Positions 1-10,040 of a stretch of 64,000 bases of DNA are shown here, piece after piece. The notes beneath the pieces are model-generated. The model saw nothing but the letters and a program-made list of their open reading frames with translations, did no database searches and was not told the DNA's origin. Every line of letters begins with the position of its first letter. Position 1 is the first letter of the stretch. This DNA is from Alphaproteobacteria bacterium (GTDB lineage Bacteria > Pseudomonadota > Alphaproteobacteria > MPNO01). The position numbers and the translations under genes were made by a program. The DNA lies in the NCBI GenBank assembly GCA_965248835.1, contig CBDFLJ010000002.1, forward strand, positions 640,001-704,000, in the 5' to 3' direction.

Positions 1-1
1 T

Positions 2-442
2 CCCGCCTATCCCAGGGACCTTCAGCGACGGGCCAAAGTCAATGAAATGATGGATTGGTTCAATACCAACTTCTATCGCGACTTCGGCTACGGCATGGTC
101 TACCCGCAGGTGTTCCCCCAGCACAAGAGAGACAACGACGAGGCTCAAAAGGCGACGATTGCCCGGGGCAAGGAGGGGGCAAGGGGGTGGCTCCAGATCC
201 TCAACGACCATTGGCTCGGCCCCGACAAACCGTATCTCTGCGGCGATGACATAACGATCGCCGACTACCTCGGGATTGGCTTGCTGACGCTGGGCGAGGT
301 CGTCCGCTGCGATTTTTCACCCTACCCCAACGTCCAGCGCTGGGTCAACAACATGAAGCGGCTGGAGAACTGGGACAATATCAATGAAGCGCTGTATGGG
401 CTCGCCGATGCTGTGAAAGAGCAGACATTCGATACGATCTAA
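2..442 (+). CDS. Glutathione S-transferase, C-terminal part (5' end outside window)
   Basis: Frame open from nt 2 (PAYPRDLQRRAKVNEMMDW); YLCGDDITIADY and YPNVQRW GST C-domain motifs. Confidence 0.85.
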   Translation, partial: PAYPRDLQRRAKVNEMMDWFNTNFYRDFGYGMVYPQVFPQHKRDNDEAQKATIARGKEGARGWLQILNDHWLGPDKPYLCGDDITIADYLGIGLLTLGEVVRCDFSPYPNVQRWVNNMKRLENWDNINEALYGLADAVKEQTFDTI

Positions 443-505
443 TGTCCGATTTGTGAGGGCATTTATATCGCCGTATCGCATTGCGTCGATTTGTCCGTGC
501 CGAGG

Positions 506-714
506 TTAGTCAGGCCTCGCTGACATTTTGGTTGCCCATGTCCACCAGCGGCTCAACGAATCGCGGGCGACCCCATCCGGCAGCTCGTTCGCAGGCGGAC
601 TCGACAAGGCACGAAGGATCAGGTCGCTCTGCCCGAGAATCGGCCGCTCGTCCAGATAGCCATTGTCACGAAGATACTCTTCCAACGCTTCGGCGCGCCG
701 TTGCCTGAAACTGT
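506..714 (-). pseudogene. Possible C-terminal fragment of an unknown protein cut off by the adjacent IS3 remnant
   Basis: Protein-like ORF ([16 protein letters not shown]...SRWWTWATK) on the same strand as the rSAM/HDO genes; its 5' end runs into IS sequence. Confidence 0.3.
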
Positions 715-858
715 CAAGATTCATCGAGCAGGTCTACAACACCCGCAGATTGCACTCTGCGCTAGGATATCTGAGCCCCGTTCAGTTCGAGAATCAACAC
801 GCCCGGTACCCTGTCAAAACCGCGGCCTGAGACTGTCCACCCCGAGGGGCGCAGTCCA
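715..858 (+). mobile_element. IS3-family 3' remnant with right inverted repeat
   Basis: Encodes [24 protein letters not shown]...TAA*, followed by CTGTCCACCCCGAGGGGCGCAGTCCA. Confidence 0.8.
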
Positions 859-996
859 CACGAATGTCAGATTTACGATTGGTGCCAACAAGTGAGCCAC
901 GGATGTTGGTACGTTCCGCAGCGTCGGAGGTCCACTCTTAGTCTTTCGTCAGTACGATGTGGTCCGAGCCCAAGGGTGAGGCGTGTCAGAGCAAGC

Positions 997-1665
997 TTAA
1001 CTTTGGGGGGAGTTCGGACAGGCGTCAATCGCGTCACGAAGATCCCAAATCGTCTTACGCGCCTCATCCACAGCCCCATCGACCTCCATTACCGACAGAT
1101 TTCCCTCAATTAGCTCAAATAGGTCGCGGGCATGTCTTTGGTCCGTGGCTGCGTGTTGAATCGGGGAAGAGAATGCCGCTTCGGGCAATCCGTGTAGAAC
1201 GGCGAACTCGCACCAGTCTGACGCACTCCCCGGTAGCCCTTCCAGCGCCACGACATAGCCGAGAAAACCAGCGACATTACCCGACCGCAGGTCGGCATAT
1301 TGACGCTCGATCATGCGATTAATCGACGGCGCAACAATTTCCACGCGAAGCACGGTACCCGGAAATTGGCGAGCAGCTTTCAAATCTGACATAGCCCAAC
1401 ACCAATGATCGCGTTCCTCCGATTCGTGATTTGCGAAGTAGTCGGCGAGGTCGTTTCGGCCGATTGCCCGAGCGGCGCTAGTCGCGTGCGATAGTAACGA
1501 CGACGTGTGACGCATCTGAGCTAGTGCTTGAACGCACCGATGATGATACGCCGTGGCCGCGCCGACGCGGTCGACCACTTGGCGCCAAGACACCGCAAGC
1601 GACCAATTAGCGATCAACAGCGCGTCCAGAAACATTGCCCGCGCAGTAATGGTAGGGTTGACCAC
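997..1665 (-). CDS. Heme-oxygenase-like diiron (iron-containing redox enzyme/HDO) family protein
   Basis: YFANHESEERDH (EExxH), LEG and HAATDQRH (HxxxDxxH) motifs; GTG start overlaps the upstream rSAM stop by 1 nt. Confidence 0.7.
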   Translation of the reverse strand: MVNPTITARAMFLDALLIANWSLAVSWRQVVDRVGAATAYHHRCVQALAQMRHTSSLLSHATSAARAIGRNDLADYFANHESEERDHWCWAMSDLKAARQFPGTVLRVEIVAPSINRMIERQYADLRSGNVAGFLGYVVALEGLPGSASDWCEFAVLHGLPEAAFSSPIQHAATDQRHARDLFELIEGNLSVMEVDGAVDEARKTIWDLRDAIDACPNSPQS

Positions 1666-2455
1666 TATTGGCCGGGACTACCTAGCCCGAGTGCAAAATC
1701 CATCAGCGCCTTGCGTCCTGGCTCGGCTAGCATCTTCACATGGCCATTCACATGAAGATCAAGGCAGATATTACAAGAACCACGTCCGGGGCACGATTCC
1801 TCGATATCCAAGAAGCTCGCGAGTGCCGTTGGGCCGATCTTATGAATTACTGACAGTGATCGAGAGTCACGAAGACGAGCTACGATGTCGCTAAAATCGA
1901 GATCGTGAATGGATCCCAAAGAAAAACCCGGAAGGCCGGATCCTTTCGTACGCCGCGCCATTTGAGCTGTTCCGCAACACGGATAGGCGTACCCATATTC
2001 ATCAAAGAGCAAAGTCCCCACTTTCGTGCAACCGCCCTTCGGTCCTGCGAAAATCGGCCTCGAGCCGCTACCGGCGATCGACTCACCTACATCGACGAGT
2101 TGCTGGATGTACTTGCTGGCCCACGGAAACTCCGCGATCGCAGCACGCAAGGCCGGATCGGTTTCCCATTCTTCTTTCTGCAGCGCGAATTGCACCTCAA
2201 GGCCGAGACGGTAGGCCGCTTTAGCAGTATTCAAGGCGAATCGCCGAGGCACGAATGCTTCGTGATAGCGGTCGATGCTGATTTCCAGATGGCGAAACCG
2301 AGGGTACTGCGCCAAAGTGGCAAAGGCACGGTCGATCGATTTCCCGAAGTACCCGCTGGTGTTGACGTAGACGTTGAGCCCAAACTTCTCTGCTAGACGC
2401 AAGGTCAGCGTAAGCGCGTCGGGCATGATGAACGGTTCGCCTCCTGTCACGGCTA
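1665..2455 (-). pseudogene. Radical SAM enzyme, YydG/EpeE-like, N-terminus removed by IS630 insertion
   Basis: TGGEPF, NTSGYFG, ISIDRYHEAFV, GYAYPCCG and CNIC motifs; no CxxxCxxC because the IS630 sits at CTAG 2453-2456. Confidence 0.75.
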
Positions 2456-3510
2456 GAGCATTTTCTGAGCTTTGGGAATCGAGGGGGATTCCCCGGAGGG
2501 TGGATATGTGATTCAAGATGCGTGCTGGAGAAGGAGGCCAGCGTGCATGGCGAAATCTCTTTCCAAGGATCTTCGGGAGCGGCTTGTCGCGGCGGTTGAA
2601 GGCGGGATGACACGGCGCTCGGCGGCGCAACGCTTCGGGGTGGCGGCTTCGACGGCGATCAAATGGGTCGATCGGTGGCGACGGACCGGCGATGTCGGGC
2701 CGCGGCCACGGGGCGGCGATCACCGCTCGCACCGGATCGAGGCCCATGGCGAGGAGATCCTGGCCCTGATCGAGGAGACGCCGGACATCACCTTGGCGGA
2801 GCTGGCCGAGCATCTCGACGCGGCCCATGGTGTGATGGTCGCGCAGAGCACGATCTGGCGCCTGCTCGAGCGTCGCGGGATGACGTTCAAAAAAAACCGC
2901 GCACGCCAGCGAGCAGCAGCGCCCTGAGGTTGTGCGACGGCGCCACGCCTGGTTCGAGGCCCAGCCGGACCTGGAGCCGGAGCGACTGGTCTTCATCGAC
3001 GAAACCGGCGCCTCGACCAAAATGGCGCGGCGCTATGGCCGGTCACCGCGCGGCGAGCGGTGCCGTGCCCCGGTGCCCCATGGCCATTGGAAGACCACGA
3101 CCTTCGTCGGCGCGCTTCGGCTGCACGGCATGACCGCGCCCATGGTGCTCGACGGCGCCATGAACGGCGCGGCTTTCCTGGCCTATGTGCAGCACGTGCT
3201 GGTGCCAACACTGGCCCCCGGTGACATCGTCGTGATGGACAACCTGCCCGCCCACAAGCCGGTCGCCGTGCGCCATGCCATCGAAGGCGCCGGCGCCGCG
3301 TTGCGCTTTCTGCCGCCCTACAGCCCCGACTTCAATCCGATCGAGATGGCCTTCTCCAAGCTCAAGGCCTTCCTCAAAAAGGCCGCCGCGAGAACCGTCG
3401 ACGACCTCTGGGATGCTATCGCCAATGGCATCGATAGCTTCACACCAACCGAATGCCAAAACTACTTCGCTGCAGCCGGATATGACCGTGAATGATCGAA
3501 AAATGCTCTA
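2454..3510 (+). mobile_element. IS630-family element (copy A1)
   Basis: IRs TAGAGCATTTT...AAAATGCTCTA, TA duplication within CTAG, two-ORF transposase. Confidence 0.92.
2547..3495 (+). CDS. IS630 transposase (orfA/orfB joined by a frameshift at the A8 run near 2889)
   Basis: HTH orfA (SKDLRERLV) plus DDE orfB ([20 protein letters not shown]). Confidence 0.85.
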
Positions 3511-3541
3511 GGTGTCTCCGAAAGGATGTCCTCACCTATCC

Positions 3542-4682
3542 TAGTGGATAAAATCTAACGGAGGATTCCCTTGTCGGAGCGTATGTGCGAGTCTGCGGGC
3601 ATGCGCACAGGGATTACCTTCGAGGTTTGCGTCGCCGACCGTGCTCGTCTGGAAACGGTCGTGGCGGACAGAAACAGCCCGCAGAAGCATGTCTGGCGGG
3701 CCGAGATCATTTTGGCCACGGCTGCCGGCGCGGGGACGGTCGAGATCATGCGCCGGACCGGGAAGTCGAAGCCTTGCGTCTGGCGGTGGCAGGAACGGTT
3801 CATGGCCGAGGGCGTCGATGGCCTGCTGCGGGACAAGACCCGGCCTTCGCGCATTCCGCCGCTCGAACCCGGTGTCGCCTTGCGCATCGTCGATCTGACC
3901 CTGACCGATCCGCCCGCCGAGGCGACCCACTGGACGGCCGCCATGATGGCCGGGAAGCTCGGCGTTTCCGTCTCTTCCGTGCAACGCATTTGGCGTGCCC
4001 ACGGGCTCCAGCCTCATCGGGTGCGCCAGTTCAAGCTCTCCAAAGACGCCAACTTCGCCGACAAGCTGCGCGAGGTTGTCGGGCTCTATGTCGACCCGCC
4101 CGCCCATGCCATCGTGCTCAGTGTCGACGAAAAGAGCCAGATCCAGGCCCTCGATCGCACGCAGCCCGGCCTGCCGCTAAAGAAGGGCCGCGCCGGAACG
4201 ATGACCCACGATTACAAGCGGCATGGCACGACCACGCTGTTCGCCGCCCTGAACGTCCTCGACGGCACGGTCATCGGCCGCAACATGCAGCGTCATCGCC
4301 ATCAAGAATTCATCCGCTTCCTCAACACGGTCGAGGCCGGAACGCCCGCCGGCACGGTCATCCATGCCATTCTCGACAACGACGCCGTCCACAAGCACCC
4401 CAAGGTCCGGCGCTGGCTCGACCGTCATCCGCGCTGGACCTTTCACTTCACACCGACTTCCTGTTCCTGGCTCAACGCCGTGGAAGGCTTCTTCGCAAAA
4501 CTCGCCAAGCGCCGGCTCAAACGCGGCGTCTTCCACTCTGTCGTTGACCTTCAAGCCGCCATCAACTGCTTCGTTGCCGAGCATAACGCCAGCGAGGCCA
4601 AGCCATTTCGCTGGACCGCTGACCCCGACAAAATCATCGCCGCCGTCAAGCGCGGGCATCAAGCGTTAGATTCGATCCACTA
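3542..4682 (+). mobile_element. IS630-family element (type B, single ORF)
   Basis: IRs TAGTGGATAAAATCTAACG / CGTTAGATTCGATCCACTA, CTAG context at both ends. Confidence 0.9.
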
Positions 4683-4683
4683 G
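3601..4683 (+). CDS. IS630 transposase
   Basis: VDEKSQIQAL, HDYKRHGTTTLFAA, LDN, SWLNAVE motifs. Confidence 0.9.
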   Translation: MRTGITFEVCVADRARLETVVADRNSPQKHVWRAEIILATAAGAGTVEIMRRTGKSKPCVWRWQERFMAEGVDGLLRDKTRPSRIPPLEPGVALRIVDLTLTDPPAEATHWTAAMMAGKLGVSVSSVQRIWRAHGLQPHRVRQFKLSKDANFADKLREVVGLYVDPPAHAIVLSVDEKSQIQALDRTQPGLPLKKGRAGTMTHDYKRHGTTTLFAALNVLDGTVIGRNMQRHRHQEFIRFLNTVEAGTPAGTVIHAILDNDAVHKHPKVRRWLDRHPRWTFHFTPTSCSWLNAVEGFFAKLAKRRLKRGVFHSVVDLQAAINCFVAEHNASEAKPFRWTADPDKIIAAVKRGHQALDSIH

Positions 4684-4778
4684 AGCATTTTCTGAGCTTT
4701 GGGAATCGAAAGGGATTCCCCGGAGGGCGGATATGTGATTGAACGAACCCGCTGTCGCGGGACAGGAGAGGGCGGATA
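4681..4778 (+). mobile_element. Remnant: IS630-A left end (4681-4740) fused to the terminus of the IS91-like element (4741-4778)
   Basis: Near-identical to the reverse complement of about 17526-17623. Confidence 0.85.
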
Positions 4779-5755
4779 TGGCGCAGGTCGTGAAGGCGAA
4801 CATCCTCGATGCCGGCTTCCCGCCGGACCGGATACCAGAGCGGGAGGTTGGGACCACGTGGCCGGGCCAGGTCACGCGGCGATGGAAACACGAAAGAGCT
4901 TGGGCCTCGCGGCTGGCGTTCGAGGATGCGCCGGGCCTGTGTATTGAGAGGAACCGTTCTCGGCCCGGTTTTGCTGTCGGCCAACACAAGGATGTCGTCT
5001 TGGACCGCGGACCAGCGCAGGCGGAGGATTTCGCCCTTGCGGCACCCGGTCAGAAGCAGGAGACGGATGATGTCGGCCTGCTGCCGGCTGCTCTTTCGGG
5101 TTTGCCTGTCCAGCACCCGGTGCAGGCGGGCGATCTCCTCCCGCGACAGGAACCGCGTGAGCGCCGCGCGCCGGTTCCTTTTGACGCCGCGCGCCGGGTT
5201 GGTGTCGATATGGCTGCAGGCAACCGCGAAGTTCATGATCTGCCGGAGAAGGTCGAGAGCACGGTTGGCGCCGCCCGGGGCGGTTCGGCTGTAAGTGTCG
5301 AACCAGCGCCTGACCTGTGTCGGGGATATGCGGTCCAGCGGTTTCGATCCGAAGGCGGGCAGCAGTTGCCCGGCAAGGATGGATCGCACGCCCCTTTGGG
5401 TTGACGGCTTGTAGCGGTCGCAATGGGCCTCTTTCCATGTGCCGGCGACGAAGTCCCGGAACGACGGGACAGCATGGCGGATCTCGTCCGGCTTGTCCTC
5501 GCTCCCGGGTTCCGCCGCGAGCGCATGGCACTCGCGGCGAACCTCCTCGACCGTCTTCAGCTCCGCCTGACCGAGGAATATCCTGCGTGTCCCACCGCCG
5601 GTCTTGCGCAGGAATATCCAGCTCCGCCCACCGGACGGTCGAACCCGGACGCCGAGACCGGCAATGCGCGTGTCCCAGACCGTATATTCCCGCTCGCGGG
5701 GACGATGGCGGGCGACGGCGGCGTCGCTAAGCCGCATGCGTTCCTTGCTTGCCAT
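4777..5755 (-). pseudogene. Tyrosine recombinase/integrase with Arm-DNA-binding domain, truncated right after HDLRH
   Basis: LLTGCRKGEI, SKTG, HDLRH present; LGH and catalytic Tyr missing and replaced by IS-derived read-through. Confidence 0.85.
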
Positions 5756-5758
5756 GCC

Positions 5759-6880
5759 TCAGCCCTCCAGCACGGCGCCGACCGTCTCGGCAGCTTCGCG
5801 AACCATTGTGTCGGCCAGATGCGTGTATTTGAGCGTCGTCTCCGGATTCCGGTGACCGAGCAGCCTGCCGATCGCCAGGACGGTTTCGCCCTGTCTCAGT
5901 GCAAGGCTCGCATGGGTATGGCGCAAATCGTGAAGACGCACATCGCACAGCTCCGTCTCCCTACGGAGACGGTGCCAGAAGTTGTGCAGCCACTGCGTGC
6001 TCCGCGGGCGGTTCGTTCGCGACGCCGGAAAGACCCATGGGCTCGTCCGCCCCAGCATGTCGAGGATGCGCCTGGCCGGCTGCGACAGCCAGACGGTTCG
6101 GGGTCCGGTCTTGCTATCGCGCAGGAAGAGATGTCCCTCGCGGTAATCGGACCAGCGCAGGGTCAGGATTTCGCTCTTGCGGCACCCCGTCAGGAGAAGG
6201 AGCCGGATGGCGGCGACCTGTTGCGGTTGTGCAGGCTGATGCGCCGACAGCCTGGCGGAGACCCGGCGGATCTCGTCGTCCGACAGGAAGCGCTCGCGCC
6301 CCTTCCGGCGATAGCGCCGGATGCCCCGGCAGGGGTTGGACCCCTCCGGCCGAAGGCCCATCCGTTCCGCCTCTCTCATGATGACGGACAGAACCGGCAT
6401 GGACCTGTCGGCCGCGACCGGCGTCGCGCGCAGGGCGGCGAACCACTTGCGGACGTCCTCGGGGTCGATATCGGCGATGGCGCGCCCCGCGAAGCGCGGC
6501 AGGAGCTGATTGCGGAGATAGCTCCGGTTGACATAAAGCGTCCCGGCCTTCCAGACCCGCGCGTAGCGCTCGAACACGGTCTCGGCGACGGCCTCGAAGA
6601 GCGTTTCGTCGGGCCGGCAGGGTGCGTCCTCGCCCCGCCGGATTGCTGCAAGCATTTCGGCGGCGCGGGATCGCGCCTCTGTCACGGTTATGGTCCCGGC
6701 GTCGCCAATGATCTTCCAGACGCGTTCTCCGCGATGCTGGCAGTGGACGAAGAAACGTTTCCGACCCGAGTGCAGCACCCGGACGCCGAAGCCCCTGAGC
6801 TTGCCGTCGCGGATGTCGTAGGCGGCCTTGCGGCGCGTGAGCGCCCTGACGCGGGCCTCGGTGAGGGTAAGGTTGGGCAT
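5759..6880 (-). CDS. Tyrosine recombinase/integrase with Arm-DNA-binding domain
   Basis: Start MPNLTLTEARV; LLTGCRKSEI, SKTG, HDLRHTHAS, LLGH, TTLKYTH all present. Confidence 0.9.
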   Translation of the reverse strand: MPNLTLTEARVRALTRRKAAYDIRDGKLRGFGVRVLHSGRKRFFVHCQHRGERVWKIIGDAGTITVTEARSRAAEMLAAIRRGEDAPCRPDETLFEAVAETVFERYARVWKAGTLYVNRSYLRNQLLPRFAGRAIADIDPEDVRKWFAALRATPVAADRSMPVLSVIMREAERMGLRPEGSNPCRGIRRYRRKGRERFLSDDEIRRVSARLSAHQPAQPQQVAAIRLLLLTGCRKSEILTLRWSDYREGHLFLRDSKTGPRTVWLSQPARRILDMLGRTSPWVFPASRTNRPRSTQWLHNFWHRLRRETELCDVRLHDLRHTHASLALRQGETVLAIGRLLGHRNPETTLKYTHLADTMVREAAETVGAVLEG

Positions 6881-6992
6881 GTATGTCTCCCGGTTTCGGT
6901 TGCAGCCGGGGAACAGACAGTTGCAGAATCCGTTCCTGGCCGGCTTTGACGGGAGAGAAAAACGACCCTTCTTCAACGGGTTAGCACCGAAG

Positions 6993-7218
6993 GTGCGCCG
7001 CCGTGGTGTAAGAGCCTCGCGTCTTACGCGGTATCCGGCGGGTAGGGCCGGTAGGCTCAGGCTGCCACGGCGGGCAGCTTGACGGTCGGATTGTCGCTCA
7101 CGGGAGCGATGGATTCCAGCGTCATGTATCTCCTTGAGGCGGCCCACTCGTCGTTCTGCTCGAGGAGGACGGCGCCGACGAGTCGGGCGATGGCGTCTTC
7201 GTTTGGGAAGATGCCGGA
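6993..7218 (-). mobile_element. IS256-family 3' remnant
   Basis: [24 protein letters not shown]...[10 protein letters not shown]-terminus plus TACACCACG-type end. Confidence 0.8.
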
Positions 7219-7317
7219 TTTAAAAGACAGGGGTATCCCCGCGCGGACCGGCATCGGCGGCGAACTCTACGTTGCGCCCGGTGACGCCTGCGGCGCCGGC
7301 GTCGCTTTCGCTCGAGG

Positions 7318-8511
7318 TTAAGCGGCGGCGTACATGTAATCCCGGGTCAGCGGCAGGGCGTCCAGGGACGGGCTCATTTGAATGTGAAAATTGACGTTAA
7401 ATGAATGGCGGAAGCTGGCCTCTGCGCTGACGAGGAAAAATTCCCACATGCGGCAGAACCGCGCGTCGTAAATCCTCTCCATCTCGTCGCGGTGATCCAT
7501 GAACCGGCGGCGCCATTCCTTCAAAGTGTAGGCGTAGTGCATACGCAAGATCTCGACATCGGTGATGTAGAACCCGACCTTTTCCACATGGGGCACGATT
7601 TCCGATAACGCCGGCGCATACCCACCGGGGAAAATGTATTTCGAAGTCCAGGAATCCGACGCTCCCGGACCGTCGGCCCGTCCGATGGTATGCAGCAAAG
7701 CAACGCCGTCGGCGGCGAGATGGTCCCGCATGGTTTTGAAAAACGTGCGGTAGAGAGGCGGGCCAACGTGTTCGAACATACCGACGGAAACGATTCGATC
7801 AAAGGTGCCTTCCACTTTACGGTAATCCTGAAAGAGAAAGCGCACATCTTCACCAACGTCTTCTTTGTCGGCCCGCTCGCGGGCGATTTTCAACTGTTCC
7901 TCCGACAAGCTGATGCCGGTGACAGACACGCCATGACGCTTGTGCAGTCCTAAAGCGAGACCGCCCCAACCGCAGCCGATGTCGAGAACTTTCATGCCGG
8001 GCTCCAAGCAAAGCTTGGCAGCGATGTGGTCGACCTTGTTGCGTTGGGCAATTTCAAGAGAGTCGTTGGGCGACCGGTAATAGGCCATGGAGTACTGCAT
8101 GTCATCGTCGAGGAAGTGCTCATAGAGCGTGGACGACAAATCGTAGTGATGAGCCACATTCTTGGCGGCCCGGCCGATGGTATTGTAGCTGCGCAGCAGC
8201 CCGCTAAAGCGTCCGACGAATTTCAACATGCGCGCGGCCCAATGACCGTGGGCCGTGCCGATGTTGGCCATGACCAGATCGAGCATGTCGAACAAGTCGC
8301 CGTCCTCGATGGTCAGAGTGCCGTCCATATAGCCTTCGCCGGCGTAGAGGGCCGGGTTGATGAACAGCTTGGTGCCCAGCTTGGGGTCGTGGAAGGTGAC
8401 CGTGACTTTTGGATCGCCGCCCGTGCCTATGTCATGGCGGCGGCCGGTATGGTCGATGATGACCAAGGTGCCCTGTTTCATCAGGGGTTTGAGAAAGCGG
8501 GCGAACAACAC
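7318..8511 (-). CDS. cfa: Cyclopropane-fatty-acyl-phospholipid synthase family methyltransferase
   Basis: NVAHHYDLS, MQYSMAY, VLDIGCGWG, SVGMFEHVG, YIFPGG, RFCRMWEFFL; start codon uncertain (GTG 8511). Confidence 0.9.
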   Translation of the reverse strand: MLFARFLKPLMKQGTLVIIDHTGRRHDIGTGGDPKVTVTFHDPKLGTKLFINPALYAGEGYMDGTLTIEDGDLFDMLDLVMANIGTAHGHWAARMLKFVGRFSGLLRSYNTIGRAAKNVAHHYDLSSTLYEHFLDDDMQYSMAYYRSPNDSLEIAQRNKVDHIAAKLCLEPGMKVLDIGCGWGGLALGLHKRHGVSVTGISLSEEQLKIARERADKEDVGEDVRFLFQDYRKVEGTFDRIVSVGMFEHVGPPLYRTFFKTMRDHLAADGVALLHTIGRADGPGASDSWTSKYIFPGGYAPALSEIVPHVEKVGFYITDVEILRMHYAYTLKEWRRRFMDHRDEMERIYDARFCRMWEFFLVSAEASFRHSFNVNFHIQMSPSLDALPLTRDYMYAAA

Positions 8512-8619
8512 GGACACAATCCTCAAAGGCTTGGGATAGGGACAGCGCGGCGCGGAGTATCCCACATCGGCGTACGAATGTCAGGTTTCCGGCGGCCGGC
8601 TAAAGCCATTCTTCGGACG

Positions 8620-9060
8620 GCTCGGTGCATGCGGTCAGGTGCAGTCATCTGTCCGGCCTCATGATGCGGCTGGTTCGATGCCGCTGGCCCGCATGGAGAT
8701 ACCCGGACCGGGTCGAAGATCATTTTGCGGGCTTGAAGGCCCGTGTACCACGGCTGATTTTCCCGATCCCGTCTCGATTGACCGTTTGCCCTTACTCGTC
8801 CTGCGACCTGCTCACACCCCCGGCGGCTTCCCGCGCTTTACCGCTCTCTCAGGCGGTTGCTGGAACCCGGTAGCTCTCCTTCCTCGTCGTCAGCGCCCAG
8901 ACGATGCATGTCATCTTGTCGGCCAGCGCCACCGCGACCGGCATCCGTGGCTTGCCCGCCGGCATCCGTGCCAGCCAGGGGTCGTTCGCCACGCCACGCC
9001 GAGCCGCCCATCCCACCACCGCCATGGCGCCGGTGATCAAGAGACGCCTGAGATCGCGCC
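8620..9060 (-). mobile_element. IS110-family remnant (transposase C-terminus plus downstream non-coding end)
   Basis: LITGAMAVV...WLARM...KPRMPVAVALADKM.CIVWAL...ESYR; boundaries approximate. Confidence 0.7.
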
Positions 9061-9063
9061 GGA

Positions 9064-9267
9064 CATATTCTCTCCGCCGTTGACAGCCGGGACCACAAGG
9101 CGCTGCACGATGCGGTCGCGGTGACCGCGCGGATGAACTTCATGCGCCGGCTGGTCCAGGCCTTCGGCTTCACCCCGATGGCGCCGGAAAAGGCGCGCTC
9201 GAACGCCCGGAACCGCAGGAAGCTCCGCTACCGCGACCTTTCTCCCAAGTTCGCCGACAAGCCGTAA
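9064..9267 (+). pseudogene. C-terminal fragment of a CMD/AhpD-like peroxidase-related protein
   Basis: Translates as KALHDAVAVTARMNFMRRLVQAFG...KP*; no start, abuts IS110 remnant. Confidence 0.4.
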
Positions 9268-9281
9268 CCGCGCGAGCGCCC

Positions 9282-9668
9282 TCAGTCGGCGGCGGCGATC
9301 ACCTCGACCTCGACCCGGAACTCCGGTCTTGCCAGCGCCCTGACGATCAACAGCGTGCTGGCCGGAACGACGTCGCCGAACGCCTCTTTCTGGATCGGGC
9401 GCCATTTGTCGATATCGCCGGTATCGGTCAGGAAGATTGTCACCTTGACGATATTCTCCACCCCAAGGCCGCAGCCGGCGAGCACGCCCTTGATGTTCCC
9501 GTAGACCAGCCGGCACTGTTCCTCGATGCCCTCGCCGATGGTGCCGTCGGCCGCCACGCCGGTCTGCCCCGCCAGATGGAACAACCGCGCGTTGGCGCCG
9601 ATCTCTCCCACGTGGCTGTAACGGCCGCCCGGTGAGCGGACTCCATCGATGTCGTATCGTTTCACCAT
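9282..9668 (-). CDS. RidA/YjgF/YER057c family protein
   Basis: YSH, LAGQTG, IVKVTIFL, PASTL, VEVEVIA motifs; 128 aa. Confidence 0.9.
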   Translation of the reverse strand: MVKRYDIDGVRSPGGRYSHVGEIGANARLFHLAGQTGVAADGTIGEGIEEQCRLVYGNIKGVLAGCGLGVENIVKVTIFLTDTGDIDKWRPIQKEAFGDVVPASTLLIVRALARPEFRVEVEVIAAAD

Positions 9669-9937
9669 GGATCTTTTCCCCTTTGATCGTCCGCGTCGGT
9701 CCCGCGGCGCCCACCCATTGTTGCCGTTGCGCGGCCATGCGCAAGGCGCGATGACCGATGCAGTGATGGCCTGGGCCGGCCGGCCCGCCGGACCGACGCG
9801 ATCCGTCGGGAAAATCCGTTAATCGAGCCCGCCCGCGGCGCGGCGTTTCAGCGCCACGGTGCGGCTGACTGTGGATCGGCGCGCCAACCGATTGATTTCG
9901 AACGGGTCACCGGGGGCAAAGTTGCACGCCGAGCCAC

Positions 9938-9974
9938 GGCATTGTCAGACTAACTGGATCGGACCTGTAAAACC
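9938..9974. mobile_element. IS6-family terminal remnant
   Basis: GGCATTGTCAGACTAACT resembles the IS6 end GGCACTGTCAGAGTAACT at 61129. Confidence 0.55.
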
Positions 9975-10040
9975 TGAGGTGGCCCCGGAAAATCGGACAG
10001 TTCGATAAGGTGTATTCCACCGTCTGACGGAGGAATGCAG

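Noticed and set aside
873-1079. Short ORF as RiPP precursor
   Set aside because: Overlaps the HDO gene, has no clear RBS and no leader/core pattern
2889-2896. A8 versus A6 frameshift runs in the two IS630-A copies as a regulatory switch
   Set aside because: Cannot be separated from homopolymer sequencing error or drift
1665-3020. 451-aa ORF as a transposase-rSAM fusion
   Set aside because: The N-terminal part is antisense read-through of IS630; only the region below 2455 is rSAM
5423-6949. Long antisense ORFs (also 12881-14023, 20168-21925, 30008-31639 and others)
   Set aside because: Shadow frames of real GC-rich genes with no recognisable motifs
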